Shown here in pieces: positions 9,466-17,574 of a stretch of 36,539 nucleotides of DNA. The notes below the pieces were generated by a model. It ran no database searches. It saw only the letters and a list, made by a program, of their open reading frames with translations, and was not told the origin of the DNA. Source of the DNA: Eubacteriales bacterium (lineage in GTDB: Bacteria; Bacillota; Clostridia; Oscillospirales; CAG-272). Within the stretch, counting starts at the first letter, position 1. Each line of letters begins with the position of its first letter. The position numbers and the translations under genes are program-made. The stretch covers positions 1 to 36,539 of the forward strand of contig JAZQWK010000363.1 of assembly GCA_045632325.1 (NCBI GenBank). Direction: 5' to 3'.

Positions 9466-9743
9466 TCACGAACCTCTTCGCTCTCCATCATTTCGTTGAG
9501 GATTCCGATCAGCCTTGTCAGAATGTTCAGCCCGGTTATCGGCTCAGGGTCGATGCGCAAAAGGATTTCTGCCGCCTCTTTCTTATGATCTTTCAAAATC
9601 TGCTTTGCGATCAGTACGGTCGGATTTCCTTTTTTCAGCACCCCCGCAATTCTCTTGTCCGCGATGATCGCGGATAACGGTTCGAGCAGATCAGCCCATA
9701 ATTCGATAGCCTCTTCGCCTTGATAATCTGACAGCTTTTTCAT
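9384..9743 (-). CDS. Tail assembly chaperone (gpG-like)
   Basis: 119 aa, acidic, between the major tail gene and TMP. AAGGGGG RBS. It contains the slippery site near its 3' end. Confidence 0.8.
   Translation of the reverse strand: MKKLSDYQGEEAIELWADLLEPLSAIIADKRIAGVLKKGNPTVLIAKQILKDHKKEAAEILLRIDPEPITGLNILTRLIGILNEMMESEEVRDFFTSPGQTTAKESSGSATENIADAEM
9459..9465 (-). promoter_or_regulatory. Programmed -1 ribosomal frameshift slippery heptamer U UUU UUU
   Basis: Seven A on the plus strand at 9459-9465. Zero-frame codons are GAT TTT TTT ACA. After the -1 slip the reading is TAC ATC GCC ... with no stop until 9145. Confidence 0.7.
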
Positions 9744-9753
9744 TAGTACCCCC

Positions 9754-10572
9754 TTACGAATTTACGACGACCGTGCAGGTGTCAGTGTAGGATACGCTGT
9801 CGACCGTGATCGATGCCGTGATGATTGTAGTACCTGCGACAAGACCCTTGACAACGCCGTTCGTGACGCTTGCCTTTGTCCCAGCCGAGGACGTCCATGT
9901 AATCGACGATCCAGCCGGTACAACATCAGCGTGAAGCGTGACTTCCTCATTGACATCTATCGTCATGGAGTGCAGGTTCAACAAAATGGACGGTGTCAGC
10001 GCGGAACTTCCCTTGACATACAGTTCATAAGGTACGGTGTCCTGCGCGCTCATGGAATAGTGACCGGTGAACTCGAACGCAAACTTGCCTTTTTCCTTGT
10101 CCGTTGTCTGAATCTGGAAACCGCCGGTGTTCAGTGCGTTAATCATATGGATCGCGATGTATCCGGCGTTGTCCCCTGTATTTACATCTGAGTAATCGCC
10201 TACCCACCACAGGTCAGTGAAGTCAGCCGTCGCTACGTCATTTCTCGGAACGACGTGCGTGCTGTCGTTGCTGTCAACATCAGCCGCACCGGCAAGCATC
10301 TTTGCCGTTGTCGCTTTGACGGTGACGAACGTGCCAGTCATTTTTACCTCGTGTGCGTCCAGTTTTTTCAATTCCATAAGGTTCTTCGGACAGTTGTCTA
10401 TGTCCTCGCCGAAGTCCTTGAACGTGACGGTGTCGGTGAAATTGATCCCGCCCGTCGTTGCCCCAAGCAGACCGGACACCTCGCCGCTTGCCGGGTTGAA
10501 CCCTGTCACAAGGATACCGGCATTAAGCTGAATCTCCTCAAACGCTGTTGAGGGAATCTGTGTGTATTTCAT
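9754..10572 (-). CDS. Major tail protein with C-terminal Ig-like (Big_2-type) domain
   Basis: 272 aa with AGGAGG RBS, positioned upstream of the chaperones. The C-terminus VTLHADVVPAGSSITWTSSAGTKASVTNGVVKGLVAGTTIITAS matches the Big_2 pattern. Confidence 0.85.
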   Translation of the reverse strand: MKYTQIPSTAFEEIQLNAGILVTGFNPASGEVSGLLGATTGGINFTDTVTFKDFGEDIDNCPKNLMELKKLDAHEVKMTGTFVTVKATTAKMLAGAADVDSNDSTHVVPRNDVATADFTDLWWVGDYSDVNTGDNAGYIAIHMINALNTGGFQIQTTDKEKGKFAFEFTGHYSMSAQDTVPYELYVKGSSALTPSILLNLHSMTIDVNEEVTLHADVVPAGSSITWTSSAGTKASVTNGVVKGLVAGTTIITASITVDSVSYTDTCTVVVNS

Positions 10573-10582
10573 GCTTTGCCTC

Positions 10583-10945
10583 CTAATCTAAAAATTCTAC
10601 ATATACATTGAGAACGATACAGCGCACAGCGTCATCATCCTCGTCCGGCGTGCGTCTCGCCCACGGTCGCGCTTTTGTGATCCACATCGCGCCGTTTTCA
10701 TATGGTATGACCTTGCCTCCCATTGTCAACGCACCGGAAATCTGCGCTTCCTTTGTTATAATGTCCGTCCATGAATCAGAACGATACCAGATCATCGCTG
10801 TAAGTGCCACAGCATAATCAAATGAATCCCAAGCTGACTCATATGTTATATACGGCATTGTCGCGCCGTCAGGGACGCTGTTTTCTTCATATGCGGGAAT
10901 ATCAAACCCGCCCCAGAACGATTGATAAGCCTGTAGCTTGTTCAT
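10583..10945 (-). CDS. Tail terminator / tail completion protein (DUF3168-like)
   Basis: 120 aa from ATG 10945 (ATGA overlap), immediately upstream of the major tail gene. Confidence 0.6.
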   Translation of the reverse strand: MNKLQAYQSFWGGFDIPAYEENSVPDGATMPYITYESAWDSFDYAVALTAMIWYRSDSWTDIITKEAQISGALTMGGKVIPYENGAMWITKARPWARRTPDEDDDAVRCIVLNVYVEFLD

Positions 10946-11289
10946 GTCAGAGCCCATTCCTCCGCGCTGTACTGCCGCATATTGAGTGCCGCTGTTTCCG
11001 GCGTTTTCATGTCATCGCTGTTTGTCGTGAGCCGAAATATTTTTTGATCGCTTTCCCGGCGTATGACATCATGGTAGTCGAGCGCAACCGATTTCCTGAC
11101 AGTAAATGTGTAGGCGGCTTTTACTCCCGCCGCCATTGCCACTTTCATCTGTGTTGAGCCATCGTAAACGATTGCCCCTTGAATCGTCGCGCCGTCTACC
11201 CACTGCGTTGTCGTGCCGCCGTATCCGTCAGCAGTTGTCACCTTGTTTATGACGGTGAAATTTTCAAATGCGTTGTCCAGTAAACTCAT
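10942..11289 (-). CDS. Head closure / head-tail joining protein (SPP1 gp16 / HK97 gp9-like)
   Basis: 115 aa from ATG 11289 (ATGA overlap). TADGYGGTTTQWVDGATIQGAI...YTFTVRK fits the head-tail joining family pattern. Confidence 0.65.
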   Translation of the reverse strand: MSLLDNAFENFTVINKVTTADGYGGTTTQWVDGATIQGAIVYDGSTQMKVAMAAGVKAAYTFTVRKSVALDYHDVIRRESDQKIFRLTTNSDDMKTPETAALNMRQYSAEEWALT

Positions 11290-11729
11290 ACCCGTATTTT
11301 CCTGTAAATGTTGAGCCGCGATGCAAACGCACTTCGCCACGAAACCTCGGTGACGTTATCCTTTGCCGTGCTTGCTGACTTTGTGTACGAGTACCCGCCG
11401 AACGATTCGGAGTTGTACGGACTCATCGCCGCGCTGTCTAACGCGCCGTTCTTGTCCTGCCACGCCATAATGTCCTCTACAAGGCTCAAAAAGCCCGCAG
11501 GAACGCGCATTTTCCATACCGCACCGGAGAATGTACCCTCGTCAGTCAAAGCGTCGCTTTGGGCGTGTACGCCGTCGTTAAACACACTGCCGACAATTCT
11601 GTAATACTGGTTTTCAGCAAGACCAACGGACGGTGTAAGAACGCCGTCAGACACCGCAAAGTCTCCGAAGATTTTGTCCTCGTCCTTGCAAAAGTAGTTG
11701 CGGATTTCCGCGCAGATTTCTGTAAGCAT
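11286..11729 (-). CDS. Putative head-tail adaptor/connector
   Basis: 147 aa, first gene after the capsid gene. The call rests on position only. Confidence 0.5.
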   Translation of the reverse strand: MLTEICAEIRNYFCKDEDKIFGDFAVSDGVLTPSVGLAENQYYRIVGSVFNDGVHAQSDALTDEGTFSGAVWKMRVPAGFLSLVEDIMAWQDKNGALDSAAMSPYNSESFGGYSYTKSASTAKDNVTEVSWRSAFASRLNIYRKIRV

Positions 11730-11751
11730 CTTACACCGTCCTTTTTCTCAA

Positions 11752-12882
11752 TTACCCAAGCACACGGCAAGCCAGTTCCGGGTACATGGTCTTGTAACCA
11801 TACAGCACATCCATGGAAAGCATCTCTTTCTTGTATGTCATGTTGTAGCCTCTGACCACGCGGAGAGAAACGCCGTTATAAGATGTCGTATAGGACTCGA
11901 CCCCCGCCGGAGCGGCAAGCGGACGCGTGACGAATGCGAACGCATTCTGATGGAACACAAGGTTCTGCGCGCCGCCGTTTGCAACAGCGACAGCCGTGTT
12001 CGCAGAGACCGTGATATTGCGGTCAAGCGCAACGGAAATTTCGTTGCTTGCCGCCGCGGCATCAGCCTGCGCGATGTAGTTCTTACCATCAATCGTCAGG
12101 ATGTCACCGGCTTTGACTGTTCCGGTCAGTGTTGCGGACGCTGATGCATTGGACACAAGAACAATGTCATCGTCAGCGGTAACAGCGGTCTTGATCTTCA
12201 CGCCTGTTGCGCCAGTGCCACCGGCTGTGATATTGCCTGATGCAACGCTCTTGATTCCCTGCGTCATATAGTTCTCAATGCCGAAAATGTTACCGATAGA
12301 ACCGGCTCTCAGCGCGGCAGTCGTGCCGGATTTCTCAGCATTAACGATAGCACCGATCTGACGGAACGCCGCCATCGCGTCAGGATTCCACACGCCGTAC
12401 CGCTGTGTGGTCGGGACTTTGTTGTTATCCAGAATCTTTGCGGCGTTGGCGAAGTCATCCAGACCATCAGGAGTAGTGCCAGACGTTCCGCAGAAATACG
12501 GGATGTCTTTATACAGCCCCAAACCATCGTCGTTGATCTTCGTAGCCAGAGCCGCCGCCGCCGGTTCGATGAACAGACGGTTCAGATCGTCCACGTTTGT
12601 TGCGCGGGCGATTGCACCGAACTCGACATCAACGGTAGCCAGTTTGTCAAGAGTGACTTCCACGGATGTTTCGTTGACATCCTGCGCAGAAACGCCTGAC
12701 CCCTCGTTAAAATCAGAAGCAGTCAAAACTACCGGCTTGCGCACCTGAATCGTTGCGCCCTTTCCGACCTCGTAAGTGTCGGAATAATCTTTGTAAATCA
12801 GGTTCGGAAAAACAAGGTTCTCGATCAGCCGCGGCAATGCCTGACGCGCAATCTCTTTTACTTCCAGAAAACTATTTGACAT
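11752..12882 (-). CDS. Major capsid protein (HK97-fold, P22-coat-like family)
   Basis: 376 aa, directly after the scaffold gene. The N-terminus EVKEIARQALPRLIENLVFPNLIYKDY and the motif TVKAGDILTIDGKNY resemble the P22-coat-type capsid family. Confidence 0.85.
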   Translation of the reverse strand: MSNSFLEVKEIARQALPRLIENLVFPNLIYKDYSDTYEVGKGATIQVRKPVVLTASDFNEGSGVSAQDVNETSVEVTLDKLATVDVEFGAIARATNVDDLNRLFIEPAAAALATKINDDGLGLYKDIPYFCGTSGTTPDGLDDFANAAKILDNNKVPTTQRYGVWNPDAMAAFRQIGAIVNAEKSGTTAALRAGSIGNIFGIENYMTQGIKSVASGNITAGGTGATGVKIKTAVTADDDIVLVSNASASATLTGTVKAGDILTIDGKNYIAQADAAAASNEISVALDRNITVSANTAVAVANGGAQNLVFHQNAFAFVTRPLAAPAGVESYTTSYNGVSLRVVRGYNMTYKKEMLSMDVLYGYKTMYPELACRVLG

Positions 12883-12884
12883 TT

Positions 12885-13466
12885 TTATCTTCCTTTCTCA
12901 TACGTTAATTTGTAGTATTCCTCGTCACTCATGTTGCCATAATCCGGTTCAGAACCAGACGGCGGGTTCGGAACTTTCGCGCCCTCTTTTCCACCGGTGA
13001 CAATGAAATCTGACCATTCTTTCTTTATGGTCTCCAACAGTTCCGCTGAGCCTTCAATTTTGCCATCTTCTCCGATCTTTACGGAATCAATGTCAGATAC
13101 TTTAAGGACAGAATCGATCCTGCGCTCAGAAATACCGGCTTCTTTCAGTAAATCCTTATACGCATTTGTCTTCGTTATGCGGCTTTCCTTCGCCGCCACG
13201 TCTTCCTTGTAGGCATCATATTCAGCTTGCAGTGCATCGCGTTCCTCTTTCATGGCGTTATACTTCACCTCAAACGCGTCCTTGCCCTGATTCTGTTTCA
13301 TCGTGTCAAGTTCCTGCTGTACCGCCGGAAGTCGCTCCGCGTCTGCTTTGTACTTGTCGCGATCCTCTTTTAAGGCTGTGACCGTTTCCGAGTGCGCCGT
13401 GATGATCTCTTCGATCTTGTTCTCTTCGATGCCAAGTGCCGCCAAAAACTTTCTTGTAAGACTCAT
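12885..13466 (-). CDS. Scaffolding protein (GP20-like)
   Basis: 193 aa, charged coiled coil (KEDRDKYKADAERL...), immediately upstream of the capsid gene. AAGGAG RBS. Confidence 0.85.
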   Translation of the reverse strand: MSLTRKFLAALGIEENKIEEIITAHSETVTALKEDRDKYKADAERLPAVQQELDTMKQNQGKDAFEVKYNAMKEERDALQAEYDAYKEDVAAKESRITKTNAYKDLLKEAGISERRIDSVLKVSDIDSVKIGEDGKIEGSAELLETIKKEWSDFIVTGGKEGAKVPNPPSGSEPDYGNMSDEEYYKLTYEKGR

Positions 13467-13519
13467 ATATACCCGCTCCTTTTCTTCGGTGTGGTTGCTT
13501 TCACATTTGCGTTGGTATC

Positions 13520-13548
13520 ATTATAGCAATAATATACTATTCACGCAA
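13520..13548 (-). promoter_or_regulatory. Sigma-70-type promoter upstream of scaffold and capsid
   Basis: Minus strand reads TTGCGT (13548-13543), 17-nt spacer, TATAAT (13525-13520), in an 88-bp intergenic gap. Confidence 0.6.
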
Positions 13549-13554
13549 GAATCA

Positions 13555-13956
13555 CTATTTCAGTGCCGCCCGCATTATCTTTTCATATTCTGCGCTATGA
13601 TTCGCCGCCGCATTTTTCAAATAGTGATGCTTTTTTTCCTGCGCTTCTGCATATTCTACATTTGTACCGATATACACCTCACGTTTTCCGGGAATGCCTT
13701 TTATCGCATAATCTCCCCCTTGCGCAGGGTTTTTCCCGTTGCTGTGAAACTCTGCCGTAGCATAGGTAATGCTGTTCATAAGACGCCCGGTATCAACCGG
13801 CATATCACCACCCCGGCTAACCGGTACTGTTGCGTGGCTTACAGCCGCCGCTCCCGCCGCTTTCAGCCCGGTCTGGATTTTTTTATCAATGTCGTCGAGT
13901 ATATCGGTCGTGTAGTCAATAAGCAGAAACGCTTTCCCGGCACTCTGAATACTCAT
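13555..13956 (-). CDS. HK97 gp10-family protein (tail/neck completion type), in an unusual position upstream of the scaffold
   Basis: 133 aa from ATG 13956 (ATGA overlap with the MuF stop). Motifs VDTGRLMNSI and IGTNVEYAEAQE. Confidence 0.7.
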   Translation of the reverse strand: MSIQSAGKAFLLIDYTTDILDDIDKKIQTGLKAAGAAAVSHATVPVSRGGDMPVDTGRLMNSITYATAEFHSNGKNPAQGGDYAIKGIPGKREVYIGTNVEYAEAQEKKHHYLKNAAANHSAEYEKIMRAALK

Positions 13957-14876
13957 ACGTACTCTATCCTCCCATTGCTTTTTCTGAACCCTATAATGCG
14001 GGTCTGCATCGTACACCTGCAGTTATACACCGTTTCCGGCTCTGCCCCGGGATCTCCGGGATATTCCAATTCGTTTCCGTGTCCGTCTATGAACATCTCG
14101 TCAATGCCCACCTCTTGACCGTACATATCTACGTGCCAGTCTCGCGTTCTTCCATCACTCGAGGAATACCATATTTTCGTCAGCACGACTCCCTCGCTGT
14201 CGAGTTCTTTATAGCTGTCCAGTCTGCCCTTGTTTTCTGCGGACGTTACCATCGTGCGGGCGTTTCGGATCGCTGATGCCTCGTTCCGGTTAACGATGGG
14301 ATAAAGCCTGTCGGCAATCTTGTCCATGCTTTCGCCCTGTATGATCCCTTGTAAAACGGAACTATTCATCTGCTTCCTGTTCCACGCGATGTCTTTGTAC
14401 TTATTCAGCGTTTTCAGCGGTACAAGGGTCGGGTCTTGCGTCATCATGTAGCGGACAGTGCTTTCATTGACCAGATTAAATGCGATCCCGGAAATAAGAG
14501 AATCCTCTACAGCATTGTATGACAGCGCGTAAATGCCCGGTAGCTGTCCGTTAACATATGCTACGGCGGTTTGGTTCACGTCTGCCAGTCTTTCCGCTGT
14601 TGCCTCTGTTATGCGCTTATAATGCGCATCTTTCAATGTCAATGCGGCTTTCTGTCTGCCGAGTTCCGCGCCAACTTCCCGCGCTTCTCTCATGTACCCG
14701 GCATTTTTATACATCCAGTAATCCTGCTGTAACGCGGCGACAAGTTCCTTTTGCGATTTGACATACGTCGTCCATTCCTTCGTAACGTTGTCCATCGCTT
14801 CTTGATAAATTGCGGATATGTTTTCTTCCATCTCCGCAAGCTGTTTTTCTGCCGCTTTCCGTGCTTGATCTATCAT
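13953..14876 (-). CDS. Head morphogenesis protein (Mu F / SPP1 gp7 family)
   Basis: 307 aa from ATG 14876 (ATGA overlap). C-terminal RTRDWHVDMYGQ...PGDPGAEPETVYNCRC motif. Confidence 0.88.
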   Translation of the reverse strand: MIDQARKAAEKQLAEMEENISAIYQEAMDNVTKEWTTYVKSQKELVAALQQDYWMYKNAGYMREAREVGAELGRQKAALTLKDAHYKRITEATAERLADVNQTAVAYVNGQLPGIYALSYNAVEDSLISGIAFNLVNESTVRYMMTQDPTLVPLKTLNKYKDIAWNRKQMNSSVLQGIIQGESMDKIADRLYPIVNRNEASAIRNARTMVTSAENKGRLDSYKELDSEGVVLTKIWYSSSDGRTRDWHVDMYGQEVGIDEMFIDGHGNELEYPGDPGAEPETVYNCRCTMQTRIIGFRKSNGRIEYV

Positions 14877-15520
14877 GCCGACCACAAATCATTGGACGAC
14901 GCCTGTCCGAAAACTTTAATGATATACGTTCCGTCAGACCCTCCTGCCGCCGTGCTGAGATCCGCACCGTAAATTTTGCACTCGACAGAGGTGTTTGCGG
15001 CTTTTGTTGACCCGGTCATGTTGGTAGAGCCGCCAGCCGTTCCGATCTGTGTACCGGCATCGTGAGCGGAATTGTTCGCCGGAACAAGTTTCACTTTCCA
15101 TGCTTTCAACGCCAAGTCGGACTGCCATGTAAATGTGCAGATGTTCTTCCCGGTCTGCGTTGAGATCACGTTCACGTCCGGACCTGTGACGGTAATGCTC
15201 GGAATCGCAGTTGACAGAGTGATCGTTGCGGAGCTTGCACTGGACTCGTTGTATACAGAGTCGCGTACTTTGATATAAACGGTTTTGCTACCGTCTCCAG
15301 AAGTAAGGGTGACTGATTTTGTCGATGCAAACGTTTCCCAACTTGCCGCCGCCTCGCTCGCTACGCCGTTGATTCCCCAAATCTTCATCGCCGCGGCATC
15401 GGCAGAAGCGATCGAAAGCGTGACCGATGTCGATGTGGTAACGCTCGCCCCGGAGTTTATCGCAAATGACGATATAGTCGGCGCAAGCGTATCAAGTGTT
15501 AAGTTAAAATAACTTGCCAT
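14873..15520 (-). CDS. Ig-like-domain structural protein, candidate capsid decoration/fibre protein
   Basis: 215 aa. The N-terminus LDTLAPTISSFAINSGASVTTSTSVTLSI...GDGSKTVYIKVRDSVYNES is a bacterial Ig-like pattern. The C-terminal ~100 aa is paralogous to the C-terminus of ORF 16084-17574. Confidence 0.6.
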   Translation of the reverse strand: MASYFNLTLDTLAPTISSFAINSGASVTTSTSVTLSIASADAAAMKIWGINGVASEAAASWETFASTKSVTLTSGDGSKTVYIKVRDSVYNESSASSATITLSTAIPSITVTGPDVNVISTQTGKNICTFTWQSDLALKAWKVKLVPANNSAHDAGTQIGTAGGSTNMTGSTKAANTSVECKIYGADLSTAAGGSDGTYIIKVFGQASSNDLWSA

Positions 15521-15535
15521 GATTTTTATCCCCCT

Positions 15536-15865
15536 TTAATTATTCGGCGCAATATCCGGCTTTTTCGCCTTGTGTACTGCTACGTTTATCCTTAAAATCT
15601 CATATACATCTCCGTCCTTAAATATCCTTGTCTCAGCTACGCCCTCCCGAACTCCCAACGATATTTCAGCCGGGATCTTGTAGCTTACCATGTTCTCAAC
15701 GATCACCGTTTCAACGTATTGTCTCCTGCCGTCAAATCCAAGCCATGTCTGCACCGTATACCCGGTAAAATCAAACGCCCGCCCGGTTTCTTTGCTCTTG
15801 CATGTGATGTTAATGTATCGTGTCGTTCCCTCACGGATGTCTATGTTCATTTCTTCAACCGACAT
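15536..15865 (-). CDS. Small beta-rich protein (BppU-N-like Ig fold suspected)
   Basis: 109 aa with GGAGGTAG RBS. Its ATG lies inside the stop region of the upstream gene. Confidence 0.5.
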   Translation of the reverse strand: MSVEEMNIDIREGTTRYINITCKSKETGRAFDFTGYTVQTWLGFDGRRQYVETVIVENMVSYKIPAEISLGVREGVAETRIFKDGDVYEILRINVAVHKAKKPDIAPNN

Positions 15866-16118
15866 ACCATACTACCTCCGTACTTTTTACTATATCCATT
15901 TGCAGATTAGTCTGCGTCTGAATATCTTTCGAGATCGAGGACGCTGTGTCTATCTCTGCCTCGACAGCATTCGCTTCTTGCACAAACGCATCGAATGATC
16001 TGCTTCTCTGGATGCTTATATCGAACTCGTCTGTGAACTCCGGCGGCGTTCCATTCCAGAGTGTCAGATAAAACCATGCTCTGCTACTCACTCCACACCC
16101 CTCCAATAGATTGACCAT
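15855..16118 (-). CDS. Hypothetical small protein (start uncertain: ATG 16118 or GTG 16091)
   Basis: Open frame bridging the two neighbours with overlaps at both ends. GGAGGGG lies upstream of GTG 16091. Confidence 0.4.
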   Translation of the reverse strand: MVNLLEGCGVSSRAWFYLTLWNGTPPEFTDEFDISIQRSRSFDAFVQEANAVEAEIDTASSISKDIQTQTNLQMDIVKSTEVVWYVG

Positions 16119-17574
16119 ATACCTTGATCGTATACTCGCCGTCTCCGTTTGTTAATTCCTCATCGTCAACCGTCACCGTGCCATTTGCTCCTGCGGCAAG
16201 CGTTGTCCCGCTTTCTACCAGTAGCCCAACCCCCCGCGCCGGAGTCGTTCCCGATTTTGTTGCTCTCGCTTCCCATTGCTGTAATGCAAGATCCGATGTG
16301 AAAGTACACACGCACTGATCGTATCCAGTCTCATCGCTGATGATTGTTCTGGACGGAGCCCCAACAGTAATCACGGGCGGGTCTCCGCTTGTACTTGCAG
16401 TAAATACGATTGTATGGTCAGCCGTAATGTTGGACACGGTATAGATATATATGTATCCAGAAACAGAATATGTGACTGTTAAAGTAGCCCCGTACACATA
16501 AATATATCTGTGCGTGGACGATGCGTTGTTTGTCATTGTGATATACAATCTCGGACTGGCAAGATCACTACTCGACCATGTTCCCATCGTCAGATTATAT
16601 GTTGCTTTGGCAACGTCCGTTGCAGATGTTACCCAGTTGTTTGCAGAACCTTTTGCCGTTGTATTGGCATACATTTGAAACGATGATGTAACACCAGATG
16701 ACGAACCGTTTCTGCTGAACTGTAACGTGGCAGAACAAGCAACGCTTTGCAATGTCGCTCCAGTTGGTAGCGTAATAGCCCCAAAATTGAAATATATCGT
16801 TCCAGTCGTGCCGCCCGCCAGATCCAGTGTCGCATATGTGCTGTTATCTGCACCGTGATACGCATTGGATATATTGGTCAGCGTAAAACTTGTATTATTA
16901 TTACTTGACGGATAAACCGCAAGGCTGTCTGATGATACTCTTGTTACCTGCGATGTAACATCTACGTTGTTATCCGTAACTGTTGGCGTAGATGAGTAAT
17001 TGTACCCTCTGGCTGTGAAGTTTTCCCCCTCAAGTACTGTTGTCGTTCCACTCGGCTCAGCACCGGATACGCTGACATCGTGGTAAACTGGTACTGTATA
17101 GGTGACATCTATCTCTGCACCGTAAATGTAAATGTAGGAAGTTGTGCTTCTGTTGCTTCTTCGGCAGTTTATCCTAATACCGAAGTTGTCTCTATACCCT
17201 TTAAGCGTGTCCCATGCAATCGTAGTATTCGTAAATGTCTTTGCCGTGGCACTTGTCGTTAATGCCGTTGTACTACCTGCGGCAGATACTTGTGTTGTAT
17301 CATTATATCCATAAATTGTACTTGTATTGCCGCCGCTGTGGGACGCTTTTATCTTGATCTCAATACTACTGACAATGGCATCATCCGGTATCGATGAAAA
17401 ATTAAACCCTCGTAAATATACATACCGTGAAGTTGTCGCCGCATTATTGTTGGTAATAGTAGCATATGTCGTACTATCAGTATTGGTAAATGCAGAACTT
17501 TCATCGCTCACCGTTAAGTATGATGAGGCGGCATTGTATAATATACTCGGAATTAACCTCGCTGTCGTTGCCAT
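16084..17574 (-). CDS. Large S/T-rich structural protein with an internally duplicated beta-domain, inserted between portal and MuF
   Basis: 496 aa. Its ATG overlaps the portal stop (TAATG). The two domains end ...TSYIYIYGAEIDVTYTV and ...THRYIYVYGATLTVTYSV. Its C-terminal domain is shared with ORF 14873-15520. Confidence 0.65.
   Translation of the reverse strand: MATTARLIPSILYNAASSYLTVSDESSAFTNTDSTTYATITNNNAATTSRYVYLRGFNFSSIPDDAIVSSIEIKIKASHSGGNTSTIYGYNDTTQVSAAGSTTALTTSATAKTFTNTTIAWDTLKGYRDNFGIRINCRRSNRSTTSYIYIYGAEIDVTYTVPVYHDVSVSGAEPSGTTTVLEGENFTARGYNYSSTPTVTDNNVDVTSQVTRVSSDSLAVYPSSNNNTSFTLTNISNAYHGADNSTYATLDLAGGTTGTIYFNFGAITLPTGATLQSVACSATLQFSRNGSSSGVTSSFQMYANTTAKGSANNWVTSATDVAKATYNLTMGTWSSSDLASPRLYITMTNNASSTHRYIYVYGATLTVTYSVSGYIYIYTVSNITADHTIVFTASTSGDPPVITVGAPSRTIISDETGYDQCVCTFTSDLALQQWEARATKSGTTPARGVGLLVESGTTLAAGANGTVTVDDEELTNGDGEYTIKVYGQSIGGVWSE

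Noticed and set aside
13303-14118. 271-aa plus-strand ORF. Similar long plus-strand ORFs occur at 1373-2071, 18990-19739, 21481-22104, 28507-29274, 31674-32522 and 35479-36102.
   Set aside because: All are antisense shadows of well-supported minus-strand genes (MuF/gp10/scaffold, fibre, TerL, GT, early genes, cargo genes, endolysin). Their products are Cys/Ser/Leu/Phe-rich with no recognisable motifs.
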